Assembly (NCBI GenBank): GCA_039024535.1
Contig: JBCCQC010000001.1
Coordinates: 1 to 38,595, forward strand
DNA: 38,595 bases
From: Chloroflexota bacterium
GTDB taxonomy: Bacteria > Chloroflexota > Anaerolineae > Aggregatilineales > Phototrophicaceae
Direction: 5' to 3'
Shown here: positions 15,640 to 22,983 of the stretch, one piece after another
Layout: each line of letters begins with the position of its first letter
Position numbering within the stretch: the first letter of the stretch is position 1
Translations under genes and position numbers: made by a program
Notes under the pieces: generated by a model
The model's input: the letters and a program-made list of their open reading frames with translations, nothing else
What the model was told of the DNA's origin: nothing
The model's database searches: none

Positions 15640-15665
15640 ACCGGGTGAGGGACTCGAACCCCGCG
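15640..15665 (-). other. tRNA 3'-end-like fragment (T-arm plus acceptor strand); attP-core candidate
   Basis: The - strand reads CGGGGTTCGAGTCCCTCACCCGGT, followed by GC hairpin 15620-15636. No upstream cloverleaf can be folded. Confidence 0.4.
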
Positions 15666-15716
15666 TGTGGCCTTTGCCGGTGTAAACGGTTTCTTAATTA
15701 CGACATATTGTTGAGA

Positions 15717-15725
15717 GGGGGGGGG
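15717..15725. repeat. G9 homopolymer tract in the divergent int / early-operon control region
   Basis: ttgagaGGGGGGGGGtaaac, counted directly. Confidence 0.9.
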
Positions 15726-15837
15726 TAAACCTGTTGTAAAAAAGCGGGGTGGGGTATAGTTTGATTGGTTAAATTTCTGTCACAATTACCCCATCCTGCT
15801 TTAATATCAATTTAAGTTGTTTAAGTAGGGGTTAATA

Positions 15838-16803
15838 ATGTCAGAAAAGTTAAGTGTGGTAGCAGCGGCCTACCTCGGAAAATTCAAGTCATCTACTCTG
15901 CGCAGTGTGAAGCGAGATTTGATGCCGTTTATTGAGTGGGTGGGGCCAGCCAAGCTGGTAACAGAGGTTACACAGTTTGACCTGCTGCGCTATGCAGGCG
16001 AGAAGATTAACTGCGATGATTGCAACGGTGGAAAAGGGCCATACGCTAACAATACGCGCAGGATTAAACTCAAAGCCATTCGCATCTTTTTCAACTGGTG
16101 CGAGAAAAATGGCCTTATTGAAAAGAATGCCTCAGATATTCTTGAGATCCCCCCGGAGACACGCTCACATACCCGTGACAAAGCATTTTCTGATGACGAT
16201 GTTGCATTGCTTGTTCGCTATGCCGAGGGTGAAATGCCGAATGCCAAGGGTGTTCGACGACGGCGACTGCGAGACCTGGCTCTGTTTCTGTTCTGTCATG
16301 ATGTGGGCGTCAGGCGTAACAGCTTGGGCGCTATCATGGTGGAGCATATTGATTTAGCAGCGCAAACGGTTGTAATCACAGATAGCAAAAGCCGAACTGG
16401 GCCTGCTCGCCGCGTGGTAAAGTTCGGTGACTACACTGCGCGTGTTCTTGCTGAATGGCTGGAAAAGAAACCGGGTGGGTTCTACTTATGGAGCACCCGT
16501 GACAACTCAAATCCAATGGCAGATGATAGCATGAGTCAGATTGTCGGGCGGGCGTGTGATGAAATAGGCGTCCGTCGGCGTTCTATACACGCTTTTCGGC
16601 ATGGGTTAGCACATCGTATGCTTGATGCGAAAGTCCCGCCTAACTTCGTGGCAACAGCTCTGGGCAATACTGAGGCAGTTGTGCTGGCCTACTATGCCCC
16701 TAAAGACGATGAATCTGCATGGGAAGCTGCACAGAGTGTGAGTCTGCCAGACCCGGATGCAGAGAAGAAAATTTCTCGTTTTCCAGATGGCAAAACCGGC
16801 TAG
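15838..16803 (+). CDS. int: Tyrosine recombinase/integrase 1 (XerC/D-like, 321 aa)
   Basis: N-terminal SAM-like core-binding region. GVRRNSLGAIMVEHIDL (box I Arg), HAFRHGLAHRML (HxxRH), LGNTEAVVLAYYAP (Tyr). Confidence 0.9.
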   Translation: MSEKLSVVAAAYLGKFKSSTLRSVKRDLMPFIEWVGPAKLVTEVTQFDLLRYAGEKINCDDCNGGKGPYANNTRRIKLKAIRIFFNWCEKNGLIEKNASDILEIPPETRSHTRDKAFSDDDVALLVRYAEGEMPNAKGVRRRRLRDLALFLFCHDVGVRRNSLGAIMVEHIDLAAQTVVITDSKSRTGPARRVVKFGDYTARVLAEWLEKKPGGFYLWSTRDNSNPMADDSMSQIVGRACDEIGVRRRSIHAFRHGLAHRMLDAKVPPNFVATALGNTEAVVLAYYAPKDDESAWEAAQSVSLPDPDAEKKISRFPDGKTG

Positions 16804-16852
16804 TGTAGTGGTTCCGTTTGGGTGTCAAAACTTGGCCGTGGTTCAGAAGGTT

Positions 16853-16877
16853 GCCGGTTCGAAACCGGTCATCCACC
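16853..16877 (+). other. Second, different tRNA 3'-end-like fragment; attP-core candidate directly after int1
   Basis: GCCGG-TTCGAAA-CCGGT (5-bp T-stem, 7-nt T-loop), then CATCCAC-C. Followed by hairpin 16878-16898. Confidence 0.4.
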
Positions 16878-16898
16878 CTCAAAATCTGGCATTTTGAG
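16878..16898 (+). terminator. Hairpin CTCAAAAT-ctggc-ATTTTGAG
   Basis: 8-bp AT-rich stem paired by hand, immediately after the tRNA-like fragment. Confidence 0.35.
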
Positions 16899-16968
16899 CC
16901 GTGTTGAGGTTACACATTGGGAGCGATTCAATGTGCATCCTCTATTCGGTTTTTAAGCTGCCGGGTAG

Positions 16969-17009
16969 ACACCAGCACTCAGGGCTTAGTGAGCAACCAG
17001 TGCTGGTGT
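16969..17009. terminator. Hairpin with an 11-bp perfect stem (ACACCAGCACT / AGTGCTGGTGT) between the convergent int1 and repressor genes
   Basis: Paired by hand. The right arm and loop contain the last codons and stop of the repressor gene. A TTTTG run follows on the + strand. Confidence 0.55.
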
Positions 17010-17273
17010 TTTGTATTCAGGGGCGATTTCCCCACTTTCCTCTTGTTCTACCATGATAAGTAAATCGCCTGGTTGACAGCCAAAGTATACGCAGAGTGCA
17101 ATCAGTGTCGTATCATCCATTCGCACCACTTCGTTTCGTGCCCAACGATCAACAGTATGACGTGCTAACCCAGTTTCTTTAGACACTGCACTTTGTGTGA
17201 TTGTGCGATTTTCCCTGCGACCTTTTGCGGCCATAAGTTCTCGGAGGCGATTCTGTATAACGTGTCTTGCCAT
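16986..17273 (-). CDS. XRE/Cro-CI family HTH repressor (95 aa)
   Basis: ATG at 17273 preceded by GAGGAGG. ITQSAVSKETGLARHTVDRWARNE is a classic HTH_XRE motif. Confidence 0.85.
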   Translation of the reverse strand: MARHVIQNRLRELMAAKGRRENRTITQSAVSKETGLARHTVDRWARNEVVRMDDTTLIALCVYFGCQPGDLLIMVEQEESGEIAPEYKTPALVAH

Positions 17274-17292
17274 AAAGCCTCCTCTTTCAGTC

Positions 17293-17321
17293 AAAATACC
17301 ACGCAAATAAATATAGGTCAA
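17293..17321 (-). promoter_or_regulatory. Leftward promoter for the repressor gene: TTGACC-17-TATTTT
   Basis: The - strand reads TTGACCtatatttatttgcgtggTATTTT, about 20 nt upstream of the SD and ATG. Confidence 0.6.
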
Positions 17322-17336
17322 CCTAATTGACTAACT
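17317..17336. promoter_or_regulatory. Operator candidates: palindrome GTCAA-cctaa-TTGAC overlapping TTGACTAACT
   Basis: The palindrome (17317-17331) overlaps the leftward -35. TTGACTAACT (17327-17336) recurs inverted at 17390-17399. Confidence 0.5.
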
Positions 17337-17351
17337 TGTTGCCCAAAATGC

Positions 17352-17381
17352 TTGACACAACTCAGCAGAATGCTTTATAAT
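17352..17381 (+). promoter_or_regulatory. Rightward promoter: TTGACA-18-TATAAT (both hexamers consensus)
   Basis: TTGACA at 17352-17357 and TATAAT at 17376-17381, read directly. Confidence 0.7.
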
Positions 17382-17389
17382 GACTATGT

Positions 17390-17399
17390 AGTTAGTCAA
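17390..17399. promoter_or_regulatory. Operator candidate AGTTAGTCAA (inverted copy of 17327-17336) at the predicted rightward transcription start
   Basis: Exact 10-nt reverse complement. Centre-to-centre distance is 63 bp. Confidence 0.5.
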
Positions 17400-17417
17400 A
17401 TAGGCAATGTAAATACC

Positions 17418-17678
17418 ATGAAACAGTTAGCACTTTTTGACGATATGCCGGATAAGTCTCCGTGCAAAAAGCCAGCAAAGCCGCAACAGGTGGCGATGTT
17501 CAGTAGCGGCGAGTTGTTCTTGAGCCGTGTAACAAGATTGGAATGTCCTAACCCGAGTGGTGCGCCCGGAACGCTGTTTGATCTGGTGCTGGCATACCCG
17601 GATGAGACAGAAGAAGAAGCCCGCGAGCGTGAAGCGCGGGAACGTCATATCAACAGCATGTTTTCGGCGCGGGGATAG
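17418..17678 (+). CDS. First rightward early protein (86 aa), unknown function
   Basis: ATG at 17418 downstream of the consensus promoter. Translation MKQLALFDDMPDK... with an acidic C-terminus. No HTH seen. Confidence 0.6.
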   Translation: MKQLALFDDMPDKSPCKKPAKPQQVAMFSSGELFLSRVTRLECPNPSGAPGTLFDLVLAYPDETEEEAREREARERHINSMFSARG

Positions 17679-17680
17679 TC

Positions 17681-17896
17681 ATGGCAGAGCGTACATGCAA
17701 AAAGCCTGCAACGGGCGTGTTCTGCACACATTGCGCAACACATGCGCTTGATGTTCAGTATCAACCGTGTGAACGTCGCACCGAAAACGGTGTGTGGGTT
17801 GATGAGGGTGGTTTCTACATTGCTACGTGTCGTAATGGCGCGTGCTCGAAGATGAACCGCACCGTTGAGATTAGCAAACATCCATTTCTAGATTAA
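17681..17896 (+). CDS. Cys-rich zinc-finger-like small protein (71 aa)
   Basis: CKKPATGVFCTHC...C...CRNGAC spacing. Starts 2 nt after the upstream stop. Confidence 0.6.
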   Translation: MAERTCKKPATGVFCTHCATHALDVQYQPCERRTENGVWVDEGGFYIATCRNGACSKMNRTVEISKHPFLD

Positions 17897-17902
17897 ACGC
17901 AA

Positions 17903-17935
17903 AACCCGCGCGGCTTTGGTCGGCAGGCGCGGGTT
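17903..17935 (+). terminator. Hairpin AACCCGCGC-15 nt-GCGCGGGTT between the early rightward genes and int2
   Basis: 9-bp GC-rich stem paired by hand. No U-tract, so it may be an attenuator or processing site. Confidence 0.4.
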
Positions 17936-17977
17936 GAGCGGTGAGTATTTCACTATGCAGAAAAGAGGTTATCTATC

Positions 17978-19192
17978 ATGACTGAAATCATTCAGATGCC
18001 CCGTTCCACGGGCAACATTGTACTCGATTCCACGCCAGCCAGCAAACAGGCGCAGTATGATTCATACTGGCACCGGCTGTTTGATATTCCGGGGGCTGTG
18101 GCGCAGCTTGACCTGCACCTTGCCGATCTGGGCAGCGACCAGAACTCAGAGAAACACACGCGGAATAACTATGAACGTGACCTGCGCTACTTTATCAACT
18201 GGGCAGGGCCAAAACTGGAGCGGGATGCTCTGCTCAAGATGACAGTTTATGAACTGGCACAGCATTACCCGGTTCACCGTATGCCCTCGCCGGGGCTGCT
18301 GCGCGGGTACATTGCCCACCTGAAGCGGGGGCGGGGGCTGAAGAAAGCTACGGTAGACCGCTATCTTGCGCCAGTGCGGTTGTATGTGAAGTTTCTGCGG
18401 CGGCAAATGATACCCGTTAGCGGTGACGGACGGCAAATTGTGGCCGATTGCAAAGACTTGATGGCAATGGCACTCGAGGAAAAAGTAGCAAAGACAGAGA
18501 GCCACGGGGATACACCCGCACTGTACCAGCATGGCAACCGACTGACGGCGGCGCAGGTTGATAGCATTTTTGTGGAGTTGAGTAAACAGGCACAGCATAG
18601 CCTTAAGGCGAAACGAGACCTTGCGCTGTTGTATCTGGGCTTTAACTCTGCGCTGCGCAATGCAGAGATACGCCGGTTGACGCTGGCAAACATCAAACAG
18701 GGGGCGAACACGCTTGAGATTGTAGTGCGTGGGAAACGCAATAAGTTGCAGCCGGTTCCGCTAGATGAGGCCGGTTATAAACTTATCCTGCACTGGGTGG
18801 AGGCGTACAACGCAGGGCTTGATGACAACGACGCACGTCGGATTACTGATGATACGCCTATCTTCCAGTCCATGCAGCGAGGTGATAACTACTGCAAAAT
18901 CGGGGTGCGGGGATTCACGCCACAGCGGGGTCTGTGTTCGTGTGGTCTCAAGCACGCGGTGGGTGCTCGAGCAGAGGAAGTCACCGGGATGTGCATCAGT
19001 CCGCACGATATGCGCAGAACAGCGGCGTATATCGGGTATGTGAACGGCATGGACTATGAAGAAATCCGCGCTCTGCTGCGACACGAAAGCATTGAAACCA
19101 CACGCGGCTATGTGGGCAAGCCGCAAGACCTCCGCAAGAGTCTGTTGAGTGCGCGGGTGAGCTGGTCAATTGATATTCCTGCTGCGTCCTAG
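17978..19192 (+). CDS. int: Tyrosine recombinase/integrase 2 (404 aa)
   Basis: ALRNAEIRRLTLANI (Arg I), VVRGKRNKLQPVPL (Lys hairpin), SPHDMRRTAA (HxxR), LLRHESIETTRGYV (His/Tyr). Confidence 0.9.
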   Translation: MTEIIQMPRSTGNIVLDSTPASKQAQYDSYWHRLFDIPGAVAQLDLHLADLGSDQNSEKHTRNNYERDLRYFINWAGPKLERDALLKMTVYELAQHYPVHRMPSPGLLRGYIAHLKRGRGLKKATVDRYLAPVRLYVKFLRRQMIPVSGDGRQIVADCKDLMAMALEEKVAKTESHGDTPALYQHGNRLTAAQVDSIFVELSKQAQHSLKAKRDLALLYLGFNSALRNAEIRRLTLANIKQGANTLEIVVRGKRNKLQPVPLDEAGYKLILHWVEAYNAGLDDNDARRITDDTPIFQSMQRGDNYCKIGVRGFTPQRGLCSCGLKHAVGARAEEVTGMCISPHDMRRTAAYIGYVNGMDYEEIRALLRHESIETTRGYVGKPQDLRKSLLSARVSWSIDIPAAS

Positions 19193-19260
19193 TGGCAACG
19201 TAAAATTGTAGGTGTTATATTTTCCTCTGTCTATCATCGTAGCAGGTGATTTTTTTTGCC

Positions 19261-20199
19261 ATGACCACAGAGAACCAGAAGCGCCAGCTCCAAAAAGCAC
19301 AGAAACTGTTAAAGGCAAAGAAGTACCCGGAAGCGCGTAAGGTATTGGAAAAGATCAATCACCCACAGGCGCGTAAGTGGCTGGTGCGGCTGGACGAGAT
19401 CGCGCCAGTGCCAGAGAAGAAACCGAACCGACTGCGGGGTTTTCTTGCCGGTGCAATCCTGTTAGTCATCTCCGGGTGTTGCGTGTGGGCGCTTACGCTC
19501 CCTGACCCGGAACCCCTGCCCACCCCACTACCAGAAACGGCCACGGCTCAGGCTATAGCTGCGGCTTTCGATGCCGAAACACAGGCGGCACAGGCCCAGA
19601 CGTTGACAGTAGCCGCAGAGCAAACTTCGGCATTTGAAACGGTTTCCGCTGAACTGACACGTGCGTTTGGTAATGAAACGGCCACAGCACAGGCTCTTTC
19701 TACAAACACCCCTCAGTTCACTGCTACTTTCACAATAACAAGTCCTGCCCCTACTGCTATTATCAGAGAAGAGGTGACTTACAATCAATCACGACGTTTT
19801 TATACAACAGGTGAGGCTAATCTGCGAAGCTGTCCGGCTGTATCGGATGATTGTGAAGCAATTATCACACTTGCTGGCAATGTTCCTGTAATCGTCGTAG
19901 GTGAGGCAAAAGGTGGTGAATGGATAGATAGTGATTTGTGGTATAAAGTGCAATATGACGGTGATGAGGGCTGGATTCACAATATACTTCTAACAACCAC
20001 TCGTCCTTCATCGAATGTATCTGTACCATCAAGTTCTTCAAGTTCAAGTAGTGGCAGTGCAACATCTTCATGCCCGTCCATCAGTGCAAACTGTTCAGCT
20101 CTGACGTGCTCCCAAGCGTATGCATGTCTTGCAGCAGGAAATCGAAGTCTTGATAGGGATAGTGATGGTATTCCCTGCGAAACAGTGTGTGGGGGATGA
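19261..20199 (+). CDS. Membrane-anchored protein with SH3b and C-terminal Excalibur (Ca-binding) domains; moron
   Basis: TM segment FLAGAILLVISGCCVWAL. SH3b-like ANLRSCPAVSDDCEAIITL...WYKVQYDGDEGWIH. Poly-Ser linker. Excalibur motif CSQAYACLAAGNRSLDRDSDGIPCE. Confidence 0.8.
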   Translation: MTTENQKRQLQKAQKLLKAKKYPEARKVLEKINHPQARKWLVRLDEIAPVPEKKPNRLRGFLAGAILLVISGCCVWALTLPDPEPLPTPLPETATAQAIAAAFDAETQAAQAQTLTVAAEQTSAFETVSAELTRAFGNETATAQALSTNTPQFTATFTITSPAPTAIIREEVTYNQSRRFYTTGEANLRSCPAVSDDCEAIITLAGNVPVIVVGEAKGGEWIDSDLWYKVQYDGDEGWIHNILLTTTRPSSNVSVPSSSSSSSSGSATSSCPSISANCSALTCSQAYACLAAGNRSLDRDSDGIPCETVCGG

Positions 20200-20263
20200 C
20201 CATTAGAGATGTGCTATCACCCTAAATGAGATATAAATTACTGAAAGTGACGCTTTTCCTTTT

Positions 20264-20301
20264 AAAAAGCACATGGTTTTCTACATAATCAGTGCTTTTT
20301 T
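20264..20301 (+). terminator. Rho-independent-like terminator after the moron
   Basis: AAAAAGCAC...19-nt loop...GTGCTTTTTT. The stem is followed by a T-run, in an AT-rich gap. Confidence 0.55.
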
Positions 20302-20413
20302 CATTTCCCCTGCGCGTTGTTCCCCGACATTGTGTGTACGTTTAGCTGTGATTCGTATAGTTATCAGACGATAAAGTGCGAAATGCGTGCTAATTGACTA
20401 TTCTGGGGGACGT

Positions 20414-20977
20414 ATGCCCAGTGTTACTAAAAAAAGGTTTCTGCAAGCCATTGACGAGTGCGACGGGGATGTATCCGCACTGGCTGAGTTGTTCGGCAAG
20501 ACGGAAGCGACGATTTACAACTACCTCAAGAAGCACGATCCCGACAAAGAGCGATTGACTGCGGCGAGACGAAACGCCCTTGAGCAGCTCATTCGCAAAC
20601 ATGGCGGCGTTGTATCGAGCATCATGCGAGAAATGGGCGTCAAGAGGGACACTGTTTTAAGCCGAATTCGAGCATATGGGCTGACGGGCGTGCTTGACGA
20701 GAGTCGGCAGAACCTGCGCGATGTTGCATTCGATAACATCGCAGCGGCGGTTTACAAAGGCGAGTTGGGGCTGAGTCAGTTTGTCCTCACCCACATGCCG
20801 GGTGGTACCCGCTGGTCAAGCAAACAGGAAGTCGCTGTGGGCAGTATCCAGCTTGACGATGCAACCATGAAAATTCTTGAGCAACTGGGCGTGCCAGTGG
20901 CGGACGCCTCTGCGATGTTCAACGAGATCATCAAGCAGGAAGCCCTCAAGGTCATGGCAGAGGTTAACGATGATTAG
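20414..20977 (+). CDS. Putative terminase small subunit (two HTH-like repeats)
   Basis: Lies upstream of terL. ATG at 20414 after GGGGGA. Repeats DVSALAELFGKTEATIYNYLKK and VVSSIMREMGVKRDTVLSRIRA. Call is based on position and HTH only. Confidence 0.55.
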   Translation: MPSVTKKRFLQAIDECDGDVSALAELFGKTEATIYNYLKKHDPDKERLTAARRNALEQLIRKHGGVVSSIMREMGVKRDTVLSRIRAYGLTGVLDESRQNLRDVAFDNIAAAVYKGELGLSQFVLTHMPGGTRWSSKQEVAVGSIQLDDATMKILEQLGVPVADASAMFNEIIKQEALKVMAEVNDD

Positions 20978-21356
20978 GCCGCTGATTGCACTCCTGTGCG
21001 CAGCCTTGTTCACCAGTGCTGCCAGTGCAGAGGATCAGCCGGTTATCAGTGACGCGGCGGTAGCGATGCTGGCGAAAATTGACACTGTGGGGCTGGATTT
21101 TGGCACAACCAGCGAGCTAGCGCTGTTCCATGTCTACCCGCAGTGGGGTGACGGCACACTGGCGAACATCACGGATTGGCGGTTCCTGTACTATGAGTTG
21201 CAGGTACGCGAGATGATCGGGTTGCCGCTCATCAACGCGGACGGGTACTGTGGCGTGTGGTTGTGCCTTGAGTACGACCGGGCGCAACCGGGCCTTGTGT
21301 GGTACCGGGTGACGATTACGGATGCGGCGAGAGGGGTTATTGCTGATGGAAACTAA
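20970..21356 (+). CDS. Secreted protein (128 aa) inserted between terS and terL
   Basis: ATG at 20970 gives MIRPLIALLCAALFTSAASA|EDQ (signal peptide with an AxA site). Confidence 0.65.
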   Translation: MIRPLIALLCAALFTSAASAEDQPVISDAAVAMLAKIDTVGLDFGTTSELALFHVYPQWGDGTLANITDWRFLYYELQVREMIGLPLINADGYCGVWLCLEYDRAQPGLVWYRVTITDAARGVIADGN

Positions 21357-21666
21357 ACGGACATTTATCCCCGGACATGTAAAGATCGGTCATTTTTCAT
21401 GGACAGTGAAAGGTGTTGAGAGTTTTGACAGCGATGGCACATGGGGCGAGTGTGACCATGAGGCGCTGGAAATACGGATTAAAGAAAGCCTGCCAGAGCC
21501 ACATCTGACAGCAACATTCGTTCATGAGTTGATGCACGCAATGTTAGCTCATTGCGGAATAATGGAGCACGATGAGCAACACATCAATGCGCTGTCAATT
21601 CGGCTGGTTGAGGTACTGCGAGATAACCCCGATGTGGTCAGGGCAATTGTGAATGACCACATCTAA
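21346..21666 (+). CDS. Small HExxH zinc-metallopeptidase-like protein (ImmA/IrrE-like pattern)
   Basis: WGECDHEALEIRIKESLPEPHLTATFVHELMHAMLAH. ATG at 21346 overlaps the end of the upstream gene. Confidence 0.65.
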   Translation: METKRTFIPGHVKIGHFSWTVKGVESFDSDGTWGECDHEALEIRIKESLPEPHLTATFVHELMHAMLAHCGIMEHDEQHINALSIRLVEVLRDNPDVVRAIVNDHI

Positions 21667-22975
21667 AACATCTTCTGCGGACTTATCGCGGTTGCTGGCC
21701 CAGCGGCTTGCGGCACGCCTTTTGTCAGGTGCGGTGCAATACCATCAGTATGCTAACGATAAGCAGCAGGCATTTATTTACGCCAATGAGCATCATCTAG
21801 CTTTCATTGGTGGTATTGGCTCTGGCAAAAGCATTGGCGGGGCCATGCGCGGTGTACGCGCCGCAATGGGGTGGATCGGCAACAAACAGGTTCAAATACC
21901 TAATCTCGGTGTGGTCACGGCTCCTACCTATACCATGCTGGAAGATGCGACCATTCGGGCCTTCCAGGACGTGTGTATTGAGCATGTGCCGGGGTTCAAC
22001 CTCGATAAGCACTACAAGCAATATCATCTGACTCTGCCGAACGGTAGTGAAATCCTCTTTCGTAGCACGCAGAACCCGGAACGCTTGCGAGGGCCGTCCA
22101 TTACCTGGTGGATGGGCGACGAAGCCGCACTGAGTCCGGCAAAATCTCGCCTGCTGATGCTGGGTCGCCTGCGCCAGTTCGGGGAACTGGGTTATGAGTG
22201 GGTCACAACCACGCCAAAAGGACGCAACTGGGTATGGCAATCGTTCGTTCGAGACGCCGGTGAAGGTTATCAATGGTGGCGGGTACGCACTGATGATAAT
22301 TCAACGCTCACTGACGAACTCAAGGATACATGGAAGCAAACCTATAAAGGCGACTTTGCCCGGCAGGAACTTGACGGTGAGTTCGTGGCATTTGAGGGGC
22401 TGATTTACGGCGAGTTCGGGCATGATAGCCATGTGGTGCAGAGTCACCCGGATGGCTTTGCGCGGGTTGTGGCCGGGGTGGACTGGGGCTACGCCAATCC
22501 CGGTGTCATACTGGTGTTCGGTGTGGACGGGGACGGACGTATGTGGCTGGTTGACGAGCGCGTGAAGACGCAACAGCGCGTGGAAACGTGGGTTGATGTG
22601 GCGCAGCAGCTCCGTGATATGTGGCGTATTGAGCGCTTTGTGTGTGACCCGAGTGAGCCGGATTACATCCGCCAGTTTACCGAGGCCGGGTTGAAAGCGG
22701 AACCGGCAGACAACCGGGTGTTGCCCGGTATCCAGCGGGTGCAGAACCGGCTGGTGCAGGTGGATAAGCGCGACCTCCCCCGGCTGGTGGTGCATAGTCG
22801 ATGTCCGCATACGTTATCGGAGTTCGACCAGTACCAGTGGGCGGAGAACGTCCACGGGATTAAAGACGCGCCAGTGAAAGCCAATGACCACACAATGGAT
22901 GCCATGCGCTACGCGGTCATGGCGGTTGATGAGCAACGGAAACCGATCCGCGCAAGTTCGCAGCGGTACGCATAA
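21653..22975 (+). CDS. terL: Terminase large subunit
   Basis: Walker A-like FIGGIGSGKS. Walker B WWMGDEAA. Nuclease motifs VAGVDWGYANP and DHTMDAMRYAV. Confidence 0.9.
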   Translation: MTTSKTSSADLSRLLAQRLAARLLSGAVQYHQYANDKQQAFIYANEHHLAFIGGIGSGKSIGGAMRGVRAAMGWIGNKQVQIPNLGVVTAPTYTMLEDATIRAFQDVCIEHVPGFNLDKHYKQYHLTLPNGSEILFRSTQNPERLRGPSITWWMGDEAALSPAKSRLLMLGRLRQFGELGYEWVTTTPKGRNWVWQSFVRDAGEGYQWWRVRTDDNSTLTDELKDTWKQTYKGDFARQELDGEFVAFEGLIYGEFGHDSHVVQSHPDGFARVVAGVDWGYANPGVILVFGVDGDGRMWLVDERVKTQQRVETWVDVAQQLRDMWRIERFVCDPSEPDYIRQFTEAGLKAEPADNRVLPGIQRVQNRLVQVDKRDLPRLVVHSRCPHTLSEFDQYQWAENVHGIKDAPVKANDHTMDAMRYAVMAVDEQRKPIRASSQRYA

Positions 22976-22983
22976 AGGGGTGC

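Noticed and set aside
16808-16877. A complete tRNA gene downstream of int1 (a TAGTGTAGTGGTT D-loop-like string plus a good T-arm)
   Set aside because: The acceptor stem pairs at only 5 of 7 positions, the total length would be 69 nt, and no D-stem or anticodon stem can be drawn. It is kept only as a 3'-end fragment and attP candidate.
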